From the NCBI GenBank assembly GCA_048938025.1, contig JBHLMP010000006.1:31495-95494 (forward strand): DNA of 64,000 bases, given 5' to 3'. This DNA comes from Promethearchaeota archaeon (GTDB lineage Archaea > Asgardarchaeota > Lokiarchaeia > Sigyniarchaeales > SOKP01). A program made the translations under genes and the position numbers. Below the pieces are notes generated by a model. The model was not told where the DNA came from, searched no databases, and saw only the letters and a list, made by a program, of their open reading frames with translations. Numbering within the stretch: the first letter of the stretch is position 1; every line of letters begins with the position of its first letter. Positions 20,046-29,730 of the stretch are shown here, piece by piece.

Positions 20046-21365
20046 ATGGATGGCTTACATATGTTCACTAAAATTAAACGTATGTATAATGAATACCCCA
20101 ATACATTTAAAGTGCTGACTCTTGCTAGTTTTATTGACCGCTTAGGAGGTTTTTTATTATTCCCTTTTTTTTCCTTGTATATAACCGATCATTTTGGAGT
20201 GGGGATGACCGAAGTAGGAATTCTATTTGCAATCTTAGCGGGAGGAAGTATAATCGGTAGTGCTATCGGAGGAGCATTAGCTGATAAATATGGTCGCCGT
20301 CTATTGCTCTTATTTGGTTTGGTTATAAGCGGGACAGGAAGTATATTGATGGGACTAGCCGATGAACTGTATATTTTTTACATACTCGCTGCATTTTTCG
20401 GCGTGATAGGTGATCTTGGAAATCCTGCACGACAAGCAATGGTAGTGGATTTACTTCCAACAGAGAAACAAGCAGAAGGATTTGGTATTTTACGAGTGGC
20501 AGTTAATCTTTCAGCAGTGATCGGTCCTAGTCTTGGTGGATTTTTAGCAACCCAATCCTATATGATCTTATTTATTGGAGATGCTGTGGGCAGCATAATT
20601 ACCGCATTTATTGTTTATAGTGTCATTCCTGAGACGAAACCTCAAAAACTTGATGACGCACCAGAAGAGACAGTAGCGAAAACTTTCATAGGATATAAAG
20701 ACGTGTTAAAGGATTGGGTATTTGTGTTATTTCTCAGTGTTTCTGCAATAACAGTATTAGTATATATGCAAATGAATAGCACCCTTTCAGTATTTTTACG
20801 GGACGTTCATGGATTCCCAGCACAGGGATTTGGTTTGTTATTAAGTATGAATGCGATTATGGTGGTATTGTTTCAATTCTGGATAACAAGAAAGATTTCA
20901 AAGTATGCTCCCATGAAGATGATATCTCTTGGAACGCTGTTATATATGATTGGATTTGGTATGTATGGTTTTGCCTCCACAGTATACATGTTTTTTATTG
21001 CCATGGCAATTCTCACGGTGGGAGAGATGATCGCAATGCCAATTGGTCAAACTGCAGCTGCATCTTTTGCATCTGAAGACAAAAGAGGACGGTATATGGC
21101 AGTGTACGGTTTCCATTGGGCGATTCCAACTTTATTTGGGGTTTATACCGCTGGATTAGTCATGGATAATATTAGTCCATACTGGGTGTGGTATTTGGCG
21201 GGGATTCTGTCTCTATTTTCAGCGGTAGGTTTTTGGCTACTCCATGGTCCTACAAAAAAGCGCTTTTCAGAAGTAATGGAAGTTTCAAAAGTAGTGGAAA
21301 CTCCAATAATAATGGAAGCTCCAAGAGTAATAGAACCCATAAAAGAAGATTTACATAAACCATGA
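20046..21365 (+). CDS. MFS transporter (drug:H+ antiporter-like)
   Basis: About 12 TM; motif A GALADKYGRR; RGRYMAVY. Confidence 0.92.
   Translation: MDGLHMFTKIKRMYNEYPNTFKVLTLASFIDRLGGFLLFPFFSLYITDHFGVGMTEVGILFAILAGGSIIGSAIGGALADKYGRRLLLLFGLVISGTGSILMGLADELYIFYILAAFFGVIGDLGNPARQAMVVDLLPTEKQAEGFGILRVAVNLSAVIGPSLGGFLATQSYMILFIGDAVGSIITAFIVYSVIPETKPQKLDDAPEETVAKTFIGYKDVLKDWVFVLFLSVSAITVLVYMQMNSTLSVFLRDVHGFPAQGFGLLLSMNAIMVVLFQFWITRKISKYAPMKMISLGTLLYMIGFGMYGFASTVYMFFIAMAILTVGEMIAMPIGQTAAASFASEDKRGRYMAVYGFHWAIPTLFGVYTAGLVMDNISPYWVWYLAGILSLFSAVGFWLLHGPTKKRFSEVMEVSKVVETPIIMEAPRVIEPIKEDLHKP
21273..21344 (+). repeat. Four imperfect 18-bp tandem repeats in the MFS C-terminal tail
   Basis: gtaatggaagtttcaaaa / gtagtggaaactccaata / ataatggaagctccaaga / gtaatagaacccataaaa. 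Confidence 0.7.
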
Positions 21366-21519
21366 TATTATTAGCGAATATATATTTCTTTATCATTTTA
21401 ATATAGTTTTATTGCAAATATTCCAAAATTTATGATGATTAAATTTAAATTATGGAGATATTAGTAAAAGATTTTTACTTATAAAAGATAACTAGTTATA
21501 ATACTGAAGATTGGATTAA

Positions 21520-23253
21520 ATGAATAGTATGTTAAGCTTTATTGATAACAATTTGGTACAAGATATCTTTAATTCTAATGAATTTAAAGGATGGCTTCTT
21601 TCAAAAAGATGGTTTGGAGATAAATCTGCATTATCTAATCTTGAGTTCAAGATTAACCTAAATTATTTTGAAATTCTTTCTGAAAGGATACTACTAACTG
21701 TAATAGATATTCAAAAACCGGAATATAAAAAATCTTATTTCTTGCCTTTAATTTATTACGAAAAGATTCAAGAAATTCTTGAGCTAAATGAAATAAGTAA
21801 TAAAAAAAAAATTCTGGCCCTTACAGTTAATACCTTTAGTAAGAAAATAGTCTTAAATATTGAAGGAGAACAAAAAATATTCACAGTAAATTTAGTAGAA
21901 GGTGAATATTGTCTTTTCTTCTGGAAAAAAATATTATTTGATAAAGAGATCTCTGAAAGCTTTCCATCTCGTTCTTTAGATTTAACACTTTATACTGAAC
22001 AGTTTCAAGATGAGGCTAATATGAAAAAGGTTCAAAATTTAATTGAAACTAGTTTATATCCTGATCGATATTCACTCTCATTGACACAATTAGGAGGGGG
22101 AAATACCACAAATACCTTATTTTTATTATCAATTTTAAATAACAGAATGCCTGATCAAGAACCAAATACATATGTGTTAAAATCATATAAAGAATATTTG
22201 GAAAGTTTAGAACCAGCTACTTTGTTTATTTTAGTACAAAATGAATTTCCAAATGCACCTAAAATATATGGTACAATTAAATTGAGGGATAAAGAAACAA
22301 TTGGTATCCTTGAAAACGTCCCTAATATAGGAAATTTGGGAGATATCTATTGGAGTGAACTTAATAACATGCTTAATAGGGAGTTTAAAGATTTTAACAA
22401 AGATTTCTCTCAATTAACCGAAAAATCTAACATTTCTCAAGTAATAAAGGAAACTTGTTATGAAACATTAAAAGTCTCTGATGAAATTGGATACTATATT
22501 AAAAGATTACATGAGTCTTTAATTTACCCAGAAAGAGAAGAATATAACTTAGAATCTGTAGAAAGTAATAAGTATCTTGCATCTTATACAGAGAAACTTA
22601 ATTCAATGATTACAGAATTACAAAATACAATGAACCTTCAAACTGATAATTCATTTTTTAATTTACCTAAAATTAATTCAATACTAATTGATATTAAAGA
22701 CATTATAGAGACTCTTAGAATTGATTTTAAAGAAATAAAAATTCAAATTCAACCTGTGCATCAAGATTTGCATATGGAACAAATTTTGTATAATAAAATA
22801 AATGATCAATATCAGTACTACTTTATAGATTTTGAAGGAGATCCACAATTAACTTTCACAGAAAAAAAAGGAAAATTTCCAATTGAAAAAGATTTAGCGT
22901 CCTTTTTAAGGGCATTAAGCTATATAAAATTCAATACATTTCTTAAATTCATAGAACAAAAAGTGATTAGGAAGGGTAAATATGAAGTTCCTGAAGAAAT
23001 TCTTTATAACATAATTTTTAGAAGAGCTGCTAGACCCATAAATAAAACACTTGATGTTGTTCTTAAGGTTTTAAACATCTGGGAATCAAAATTAATTGGA
23101 AAAATTTTAAAAAATTTAAATGTACATTATACGCTAATTACCTACTTTTACATCGAAAGAGCATTACATGAATTAAACTATGAAATGCTATTTAGACCAA
23201 GTAAAATAATTGTGCCAATTTTAGGACTAAAAGAAATAATTGATAAAAGTTAA
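21520..23253 (+). CDS. Maltokinase (Mak/Pep2)-like phosphotransferase
   Basis: WLLSKRWFGDK N-cap; HQDLHMEQIL catalytic loop; IDFEGDP; KDLASFLRALSY; RALHELNYE. Confidence 0.82.
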   Translation: MNSMLSFIDNNLVQDIFNSNEFKGWLLSKRWFGDKSALSNLEFKINLNYFEILSERILLTVIDIQKPEYKKSYFLPLIYYEKIQEILELNEISNKKKILALTVNTFSKKIVLNIEGEQKIFTVNLVEGEYCLFFWKKILFDKEISESFPSRSLDLTLYTEQFQDEANMKKVQNLIETSLYPDRYSLSLTQLGGGNTTNTLFLLSILNNRMPDQEPNTYVLKSYKEYLESLEPATLFILVQNEFPNAPKIYGTIKLRDKETIGILENVPNIGNLGDIYWSELNNMLNREFKDFNKDFSQLTEKSNISQVIKETCYETLKVSDEIGYYIKRLHESLIYPEREEYNLESVESNKYLASYTEKLNSMITELQNTMNLQTDNSFFNLPKINSILIDIKDIIETLRIDFKEIKIQIQPVHQDLHMEQILYNKINDQYQYYFIDFEGDPQLTFTEKKGKFPIEKDLASFLRALSYIKFNTFLKFIEQKVIRKGKYEVPEEILYNIIFRRAARPINKTLDVVLKVLNIWESKLIGKILKNLNVHYTLITYFYIERALHELNYEMLFRPSKIIVPILGLKEIIDKS

Positions 23254-23256
23254 AAT

Positions 23257-23844
23257 CTATTCTTCTTCTATTTCTGGCATTTTAGCGAATTCATATGAAT
23301 AGTGAGATGATGAACGATCTACAGGACCAATCTCTTTTTTGTATTGTGTCCTTAAACTTTTACTAGATTTCATTTCTTCATCAGTATAATCATAAATATC
23401 TTTAGGATCATAGTTGATTAATTTATAGATGAAAACTTCAACGAATTTTTTTGGTCCCAGTTTCTTTGAAATTAAAATATAATTCTCCTTATCAATGAAT
23501 TTAGGAAAAAGTCCTAAATGTTCACATAAATCTAATTTATATTCAATATTATCTATTTGGCCTTCTAATCTTGCTATATCGTTAATAAAGCGAGCTAATT
23601 TATTCCCTAATTCCATCTGTTTTGCTCCATCTAATGGTTCAAGTAGTTTTCTAAAAGTACTCTTTTTTAAAATAATAAAATCTCGATTATTCAACGATTT
23701 AATAGCATTATTTTGTATCACAAAATATTTTGACATGTCAAGATATTTACGAATGAAATCTGCTTTTGATAGACCTAGCTTAGAGCGCATTTTTTCAATG
23801 TTATTGTCCAAATCTTCTTCAATCCTTACCGTGATAACAGTAAT
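23257..23844 (-). CDS. Ribbon-helix-helix (CopG/MetJ-type) regulator with C-terminal domain; probable ATT start
   Basis: Extending the listed ORF by 11 codons gives ITVITVRIEEDLDNNIEKMRSKLGLSKADFIRKYL, a complete RHH; GGAGG at 23854-23858; in-frame TAA two codons upstream. Confidence 0.75.
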   Translation of the reverse strand: MTVITVRIEEDLDNNIEKMRSKLGLSKADFIRKYLDMSKYFVIQNNAIKSLNNRDFIILKKSTFRKLLEPLDGAKQMELGNKLARFINDIARLEGQIDNIEYKLDLCEHLGLFPKFIDKENYILISKKLGPKKFVEVFIYKLINYDPKDIYDYTDEEMKSSKSLRTQYKKEIGPVDRSSSHYSYEFAKMPEIEEE

Positions 23845-24645
23845 CTTTTATTTCCTCCAATATTTGTTCATGTAATATTTGTATGCATAATATATCATTA
23901 GTATTTAAAGTAATAATAGTATATAAATGATTGTTTTTTACAAAAATTACAAAAAATAATCTAAAATAGTATAGTCAGATAAAAGCCGTCTGATAATATT
24001 CTTATTCAAATCATTTCATCTGACGTTCCATATTGTCTATATTAAATATTAATTTGGTTTTATCCCCTTTTCGAAAGAATATTTGAGAAAAACAATTGAA
24101 ATATTATCAAGTTATAAATTTTTTAGAGTTTACCTTAAATGTAACTAATATTTTTCTCTTAAATGGGATAGGCTTAATTTTTTTATATTCACATATAACG
24201 ATATGTAAAAAAAAAATTCCAAAAAATCCCTTTAGGAACACAAAAATGTTGAAAACTCAATATGGTGGGATAATTATGGTATTTTTAATAAATTTTTATG
24301 AACTTTTTATTATTTTTTGAATTGAACATAAATGGTAATTTAGTTGAAATTAATAACTAATTTTATTGAAACTTACAAAATTTATGTGATTATAAGTAAG
24401 AAGATTCACTTTTAAAGCAGAGTAAGTTTTTGATTGTTTTATTTTTGTTAAATGTTTATTTTATTTAAATAACTAATTGATAGACTTAAACAAATTTTTA
24501 CATTTTTTGATATCAATTGTAATTATTGTAATCATACTATATCATTAGTCTACAAATAATACACGAGGTAAATATAAATACCCTCTAAAATATTGGTTTC
24601 ATGTAAATAACCATAAAAGAATTATTAAGGGTTGATTAACAAGTA

Positions 24646-24969
24646 ATGGAAATTACCGAAACAGGTATTTTGGAAGTAAATCTAAAAAATAAAACGGATT
24701 CACTAACAATCGAATCTGATGAATTAATTGAAAAAATAGTTAAAGCCTTATCTTCTCGTACAAGACGCCAAATTTTACATCATATTCAAATTGAACCAAT
24801 GGATGTTTCAAATATAGCTTCTAATTTAGAAATGACAGAAGCAAATATTTCAGCCCAGATAAAAAAACTTGAGGAGGCTGGGTTAATTTCATGTGATTAT
24901 GCGTCTGGCGAGCATGGGGTTAGAAAGATTAGTAAGGTAAAATATGACAAGGTTTTAATTAAATTTTAA
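24646..24969 (+). CDS. ArsR/SmtB-family winged-helix transcriptional regulator
   Basis: KALSSRTRRQIL...VSNIASNLEMTEANISAQIKKLEEAGLI. Confidence 0.9.
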   Translation: MEITETGILEVNLKNKTDSLTIESDELIEKIVKALSSRTRRQILHHIQIEPMDVSNIASNLEMTEANISAQIKKLEEAGLISCDYASGEHGVRKISKVKYDKVLIKF

Positions 24970-25123
24970 TTCATCAGAATTATTATTTATCTCTTTTTCT
25001 AAAGCATTGTGTAATTTCAACTGAAATCAATAAGTTTCATAATCAAATTGTGTTTTAATTACTTAATTTAAATTATTTTATTAATTATATTTATTTACGT
25101 CTTATACTAAAGCAACAATTCAA

Positions 25124-26068
25124 ATGAAAGAAAGAGTTTCTTTTAAAATTCCCGGTCGAATATGTATCCTTGGCGATAAAGTTGATTTATTAGGTAATCC
25201 AGTCATAGCCATGGCAATTAATTTAATGATGAAGATAAATTTTGTAGCAGAGAAAAATAATAGAGTAACCTTTTATAGCCATAATACCAAAGAAAAGACT
25301 GAATTTAGTTTAGGTGAATCTCCTCCTAAAAATATTGATCTAGGTTATTGGAGTGTTTTATATGAGCGCTTAAAGGAGAAGATCACTAGAGGTTTTTGTA
25401 TAGAAGTGGATTCTGATATTCCAATTGGATGCGGATTATCGACTTCCGCAGCAGTATCTGTTGGATTTCTGAGAACGCTAAATGAGGCATTTGACTTGAA
25501 TTTATCAAAACCTGAAATCGCTGAACTTGCATACTTAGGTGAGAATCATGATTTAGGAATTCAATGTGGGAGAATGGATCAATATAGTATAGCTTATGGA
25601 GGTGTGACTTTTATTTATACAGATGAAAATCCAAGAGTTGATATATTAGATATAAGTGAATTACCCATTGTTGTTGGAGATTCTATGGAAGAAAGAAAAT
25701 CAATATCTGTATTAAACAGAGTTAAAAAACAAATAAAAGAAAAAGATAAAGCAACTTTAGATGCATTTAAAGTCATTGAAGAAGGGGTTTATCAGGGGCG
25801 AGAAGCTTTACTTAAAAAAGATTTCAAAAAGTTAGGCAAACTAATGAATAGACAACAGGAACAAGAGATTATTCTAAAAGCGGAGACTGAAAAAATTCAT
25901 ACTTTATGCGAAGTATCTAAAAAGGCTGGAGCTTTAGGAGCTAAGCAAATGGGTGCTGGAGGGGGTGGATGTATGTTAGCAATATGTCCTGGGAAACAAC
26001 AGGAAGTCGCTAAGGCTATTGAAGATGCTGGTGGAAGATCGTGGATTTTTGATATTTTCAATTATTAA
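25124..26068 (+). CDS. GHMP-family kinase (galactokinase/mevalonate-kinase-like, probably a sugar kinase)
   Basis: PGRICILGDKVD, PIGCGLSTSAA, CGRMDQY, GAKQMGAGGGG. Confidence 0.88.
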   Translation: MKERVSFKIPGRICILGDKVDLLGNPVIAMAINLMMKINFVAEKNNRVTFYSHNTKEKTEFSLGESPPKNIDLGYWSVLYERLKEKITRGFCIEVDSDIPIGCGLSTSAAVSVGFLRTLNEAFDLNLSKPEIAELAYLGENHDLGIQCGRMDQYSIAYGGVTFIYTDENPRVDILDISELPIVVGDSMEERKSISVLNRVKKQIKEKDKATLDAFKVIEEGVYQGREALLKKDFKKLGKLMNRQQEQEIILKAETEKIHTLCEVSKKAGALGAKQMGAGGGGCMLAICPGKQQEVAKAIEDAGGRSWIFDIFNY

Positions 26069-26114
26069 ATTTTAGGAGATCTAAAGTAATAAGATAAAGT
26101 GGAGTAAAATCTAA

Positions 26115-26852
26115 TTGAAGGCTATTATTTTATGTGCTGGATATGGAACTCGTATGAAACCTTACACTGAAACATACCAGAAAACTATGATTCCTATTCA
26201 TGGCAAACCTTTACTCGAGTATCTTATAAAGGGCATTAAGTTAGCTGGTTTTAAAGATTTCATAATAGTAGTAGGATATAATAAAGAACAGATTATTGAT
26301 TACTTTCAAGAAGGGAAAAAATGGGATGTTAATATTGAATATATAGAACAACATGATTTAAATGGAACAGGAGGAGCATTATTATTATGTGAAGATTCAA
26401 TCACAGATCAGCATTTCTTTCTAACTTGGGGAGATACTTTAGTAGCTTATGATGTTTATAGAGAAGTCTATGAAGTGTTTAAAAATGAATCTCCGGATTT
26501 TATTTTAGTTACTAATTATGTTCATGATCCTTATAAAGGAGCTGCTGTTTATTGTGAAGGAAATTACTGTATAGATATTGTTGAGAAACCACGAAAAGGA
26601 AAATCAACTACAAATTTAAATAACGCAGGCATGTTTATTTTATCCAGAGATATATTTGATATATTAAAGATGCAAACTCCATCAAAACGAGGTGAAATAG
26701 AAGTACCTGATGCTATACAGCATGGAATAAAAGAAAAGCATTGGAAATTACGAGTTGTTAAAATAGAAAAAGATCAATTCTATGGAGATTTTGGGGATGT
26801 TAAGAAATACGAGAAACTTGTGAAGAATACTGATTGGCTTAATCTCTTATAA
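26115..26852 (+). CDS. Sugar-1-phosphate nucleotidyltransferase
   Basis: ILCAGYGTRMKP, GKPLLEY, GTGGAL, WGD, IVEKP, SKRGEIEVPDA; no LbH domain. Confidence 0.9.
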   Translation: MKAIILCAGYGTRMKPYTETYQKTMIPIHGKPLLEYLIKGIKLAGFKDFIIVVGYNKEQIIDYFQEGKKWDVNIEYIEQHDLNGTGGALLLCEDSITDQHFFLTWGDTLVAYDVYREVYEVFKNESPDFILVTNYVHDPYKGAAVYCEGNYCIDIVEKPRKGKSTTNLNNAGMFILSRDIFDILKMQTPSKRGEIEVPDAIQHGIKEKHWKLRVVKIEKDQFYGDFGDVKKYEKLVKNTDWLNLL

Positions 26853-26861
26853 TAATCATTT

Positions 26862-29018
26862 TCAAATTGTTACTAGAACTAAAATATAATTTACTATTCC
26901 ACCTATTAATAAAGCAAGACCTATTTCAAGAGCAGATATTTGTAAGGCATATTTCCAATTAGTTTCTTTTGCGATTAATACTATTGTTGCAAAACAAGGG
27001 ATATAAAGCATAGTAACTAAACTAAATACAACCATTTGGCTGGGTGATAATAATACTAAGAGACTTTTTCCCATAGAATTTGCTAAAACTGCTAGGAGTA
27101 CTAGGGTTAATTCTTTTCTTAAAATCCCATAAATCAAAAAAATTCCTGTAATAACTGGTAAACCTAGCCAAAATCTTGTTATTGGTGATAAAATAAAATT
27201 TATAGGATCTAACAAGCGAAACTTAAATACTATTTCTAAAATAATACCAGCTATAATTATAATAGGCAATGCTTTATAGACAAATTCTTTAGTTCTTATC
27301 CATGTTTGTTTTAAAATTACAGAGTAATTTGGTGCTCTGTATTCATGCATTTCCATAATTAATTCTGTACATTGACCTGGCATCACCTTATTCAGTATTT
27401 TTCCAACAATAATTATAACTGAAAAATTTATTGAAAATAATATTAAAACCCAAATGATGCCTAGATATCGTCCAATCAAGCCCAAAACTACTGTCATAAC
27501 CGCTGCACACGGGATTAGGGAGGTCAAAGCAATTGAAATCTTTTTCTCTCTTTCAGTTTCCATAATCCTACAACCAGCACAAGCAGGAACATTACATCCG
27601 AATCCTAAGATCATAGGAATGATAGTTTTACCATGAACACCTATAAAATGCATAAATCTATCCAGGAGAAATGCTGCTCTAGGCAAATAACCGGAATCCT
27701 GTAGAATCTCAATTATCAAGAAGAATGGAATAACATATACCAAAACACCACCAATAGCTCCAAAAAATCCACCAATACCACCATCCCAAAATATTAAAAC
27801 CAATAGATTTTGCTCACCATATGTCTGATAAATTTTATCACTCCACATAGTAAAAACCTCCTCAATCAATCCCCCGAAAAAGTTACCGATAAGAAAAGTA
27901 AATAGAAATATACCAATAAGTACTAATGCTAAAATTACATACCCCCAGAAATAATGAGTTGTTATATAATCAAATTTTTCAGTTAAAGAAATCTTCATTT
28001 TTTCTGAAGGCTTTACTATCATTGCTTTTTCAATAACTGTATGTATATTATTGTAGATTTCAGCCGAAATTATTGTGTTGATATCTTCACCATGATATTC
28101 CTCTAGTTCTTTACGATATTTATCAACTAATTCAAGAATACTGGATGTTTTTTCATTACTTTTGAATAATTTTTCTATTTCTTCATCGTTCTCTAAAATT
28201 TTAATCGCTAGAAATCGTGGAGGAAAATTATATTTTGAAAAGTATTCTTTATGAGTATCTATTTTCTTAATTAGGCTCTTAATTTTTATTTCAACTTCTT
28301 TTCCATATGAAAGTATAGAATTTAAATCTGGAAATTGAAATGTTTTTTTAGCTGAAATATTTTGTATACTTTCTTTTAGAGAATACCTTTTTAAATGTTC
28401 TTCGTGAGTCAGATGTTCATGGATTTCTTTTCCCCCTTGAATATAATGAAAGTGAGGATGATGATACACAACTAATTCTATAGCTTCTTCAAGTAATTGA
28501 TGTACACCTTTACCTTGAACTGCAATTATTGGAATAACAGGTAATTTAAAGATTCTTTCTAACTCTTCAAAATTAAGCTCAATATATCTTTTTCGTAAGA
28601 GATCCATTTGATTAATGGCTAATATCATTGGTATTTTTAATTCTAATAATTGGAAGGTAAAGAATAAGTTACGTTCAAGATTTGTAGCATCTATTACATT
28701 AATGATAATGTCCACTTCATCTGATACAAGATACTCTCTACTTACAATTTCTTCTAATGAATAAGTAGAAAGAGAATAAATTCCTGGTAAATCTACTATA
28801 TTAAAATGATAACCTAAAAAGCTTAAGTATCCTTCCATCTTCTCTACGGTTTTTCCTGGCCAATTTCCAATAGTTTGAGAGAGTCCCGTTAATTGATTAA
28901 ATATTACTGACTTTCCAACGTTCGCGTTACCAGCTAAAGCTATATTAATTGTATCCTTATACTTTTCTTTCTTTAACCCTAGTTTTTCTTCAGATTTATA
29001 ACTAATTGCTTTTCTCAC
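26862..29018 (-). CDS. feoB: Ferrous iron transporter FeoB
   Basis: GNANVGKS, GNWPGKTVE, DLPGIYSL, NQMD; DSGYLPRAAF, GFGCNVPA, LYIPCFAT. Confidence 0.96.
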   Translation of the reverse strand: MRKAISYKSEEKLGLKKEKYKDTINIALAGNANVGKSVIFNQLTGLSQTIGNWPGKTVEKMEGYLSFLGYHFNIVDLPGIYSLSTYSLEEIVSREYLVSDEVDIIINVIDATNLERNLFFTFQLLELKIPMILAINQMDLLRKRYIELNFEELERIFKLPVIPIIAVQGKGVHQLLEEAIELVVYHHPHFHYIQGGKEIHEHLTHEEHLKRYSLKESIQNISAKKTFQFPDLNSILSYGKEVEIKIKSLIKKIDTHKEYFSKYNFPPRFLAIKILENDEEIEKLFKSNEKTSSILELVDKYRKELEEYHGEDINTIISAEIYNNIHTVIEKAMIVKPSEKMKISLTEKFDYITTHYFWGYVILALVLIGIFLFTFLIGNFFGGLIEEVFTMWSDKIYQTYGEQNLLVLIFWDGGIGGFFGAIGGVLVYVIPFFLIIEILQDSGYLPRAAFLLDRFMHFIGVHGKTIIPMILGFGCNVPACAGCRIMETEREKKISIALTSLIPCAAVMTVVLGLIGRYLGIIWVLILFSINFSVIIIVGKILNKVMPGQCTELIMEMHEYRAPNYSVILKQTWIRTKEFVYKALPIIIIAGIILEIVFKFRLLDPINFILSPITRFWLGLPVITGIFLIYGILRKELTLVLLAVLANSMGKSLLVLLSPSQMVVFSLVTMLYIPCFATIVLIAKETNWKYALQISALEIGLALLIGGIVNYILVLVTI

Positions 29019-29098
29019 GATTTAATTTTTTGAAAAATATAATAAAATAACCTTTTATTTTGAAAATTTAAGGCGTATGCTCTATATTATTAAAGAGT

Positions 29099-29389
29099 TT
29101 AGGTCCTTTCTTTTTTTACCATAATTTTAGATGCTAAACCTCTACCAATAACTAAACAAGACCCTTTAACAATTATTTCTATAGGTCCTCTAAAAAGGGC
29201 TGATCTTTTTTTTATCATTTTTACTCCCGGGATAATTCCTAAATTAGCAAGTCGCTTCTTTGCCATATAACCGGCATGTACTCTTAATACTATTACTTCT
29301 TCACCATTTTGACAATTAGATAATCTATCAATTTGCCGGTATCTATGATGCCTTCTAGTAGAATAATTATTATGGATCAATTTCATCAT
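29099..29389 (-). CDS. feoA: Ferrous iron transport protein FeoA
   Basis: RLANLGIIPG...ALFRGPIEIIVKGSCLVIGRGLASKIMV; directly upstream of feoB. Confidence 0.92.
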   Translation of the reverse strand: MMKLIHNNYSTRRHHRYRQIDRLSNCQNGEEVIVLRVHAGYMAKKRLANLGIIPGVKMIKKRSALFRGPIEIIVKGSCLVIGRGLASKIMVKKERT

Positions 29390-29437
29390 TAATATGCTTT
29401 AAATCCCTAAATATAATATTGAAAATGAATATTTAAA

Positions 29438-29455
29438 TTTTAGGTTTAACTAAAA
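29438..29455. promoter_or_regulatory. Putative DtxR/MntR-family operator upstream of feoAB
   Basis: Inverted repeat TTTTAG-gtttaa-CTAAAA abutting a TTTAAA box (29432-29437) about 50 bp upstream of feoA. Confidence 0.6.
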
Positions 29456-29730
29456 GCATTACTAGTATCTTGTAAAGAGAGTTATTTATGATTGTATAGG
29501 ATAAGTAGTTTAACTTTTTAATAGAATTTAATTTTGTTTTAACACTGGAAATAATAAAATTATAATGAATTTAAAGATAAATAACTATACAAATATTAGA
29601 TTGAAGATCTCGAAATCACTCCCTTTTACTTAAAAATAAATGAAATCTTATTTTTGTTTATTTCTTATAAGAAGTATAAGCTTGAAAATTTTAACTTAAA
29701 ACAGTTAGACCTGAAGCAATATGAATTGAA

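Noticed and set aside
23974-24030. TCAGA...TCTGA short inverted repeat upstream of the RHH gene
   Set aside because: Arms of only 5-6 bp are too short to distinguish from chance without comparative data
24096-24320. 74-aa ORF in the long RHH/ArsR intergenic region
   Set aside because: TTG start, F/I/K/N-biased composition expected from AT-rich non-coding DNA, no SD or motif
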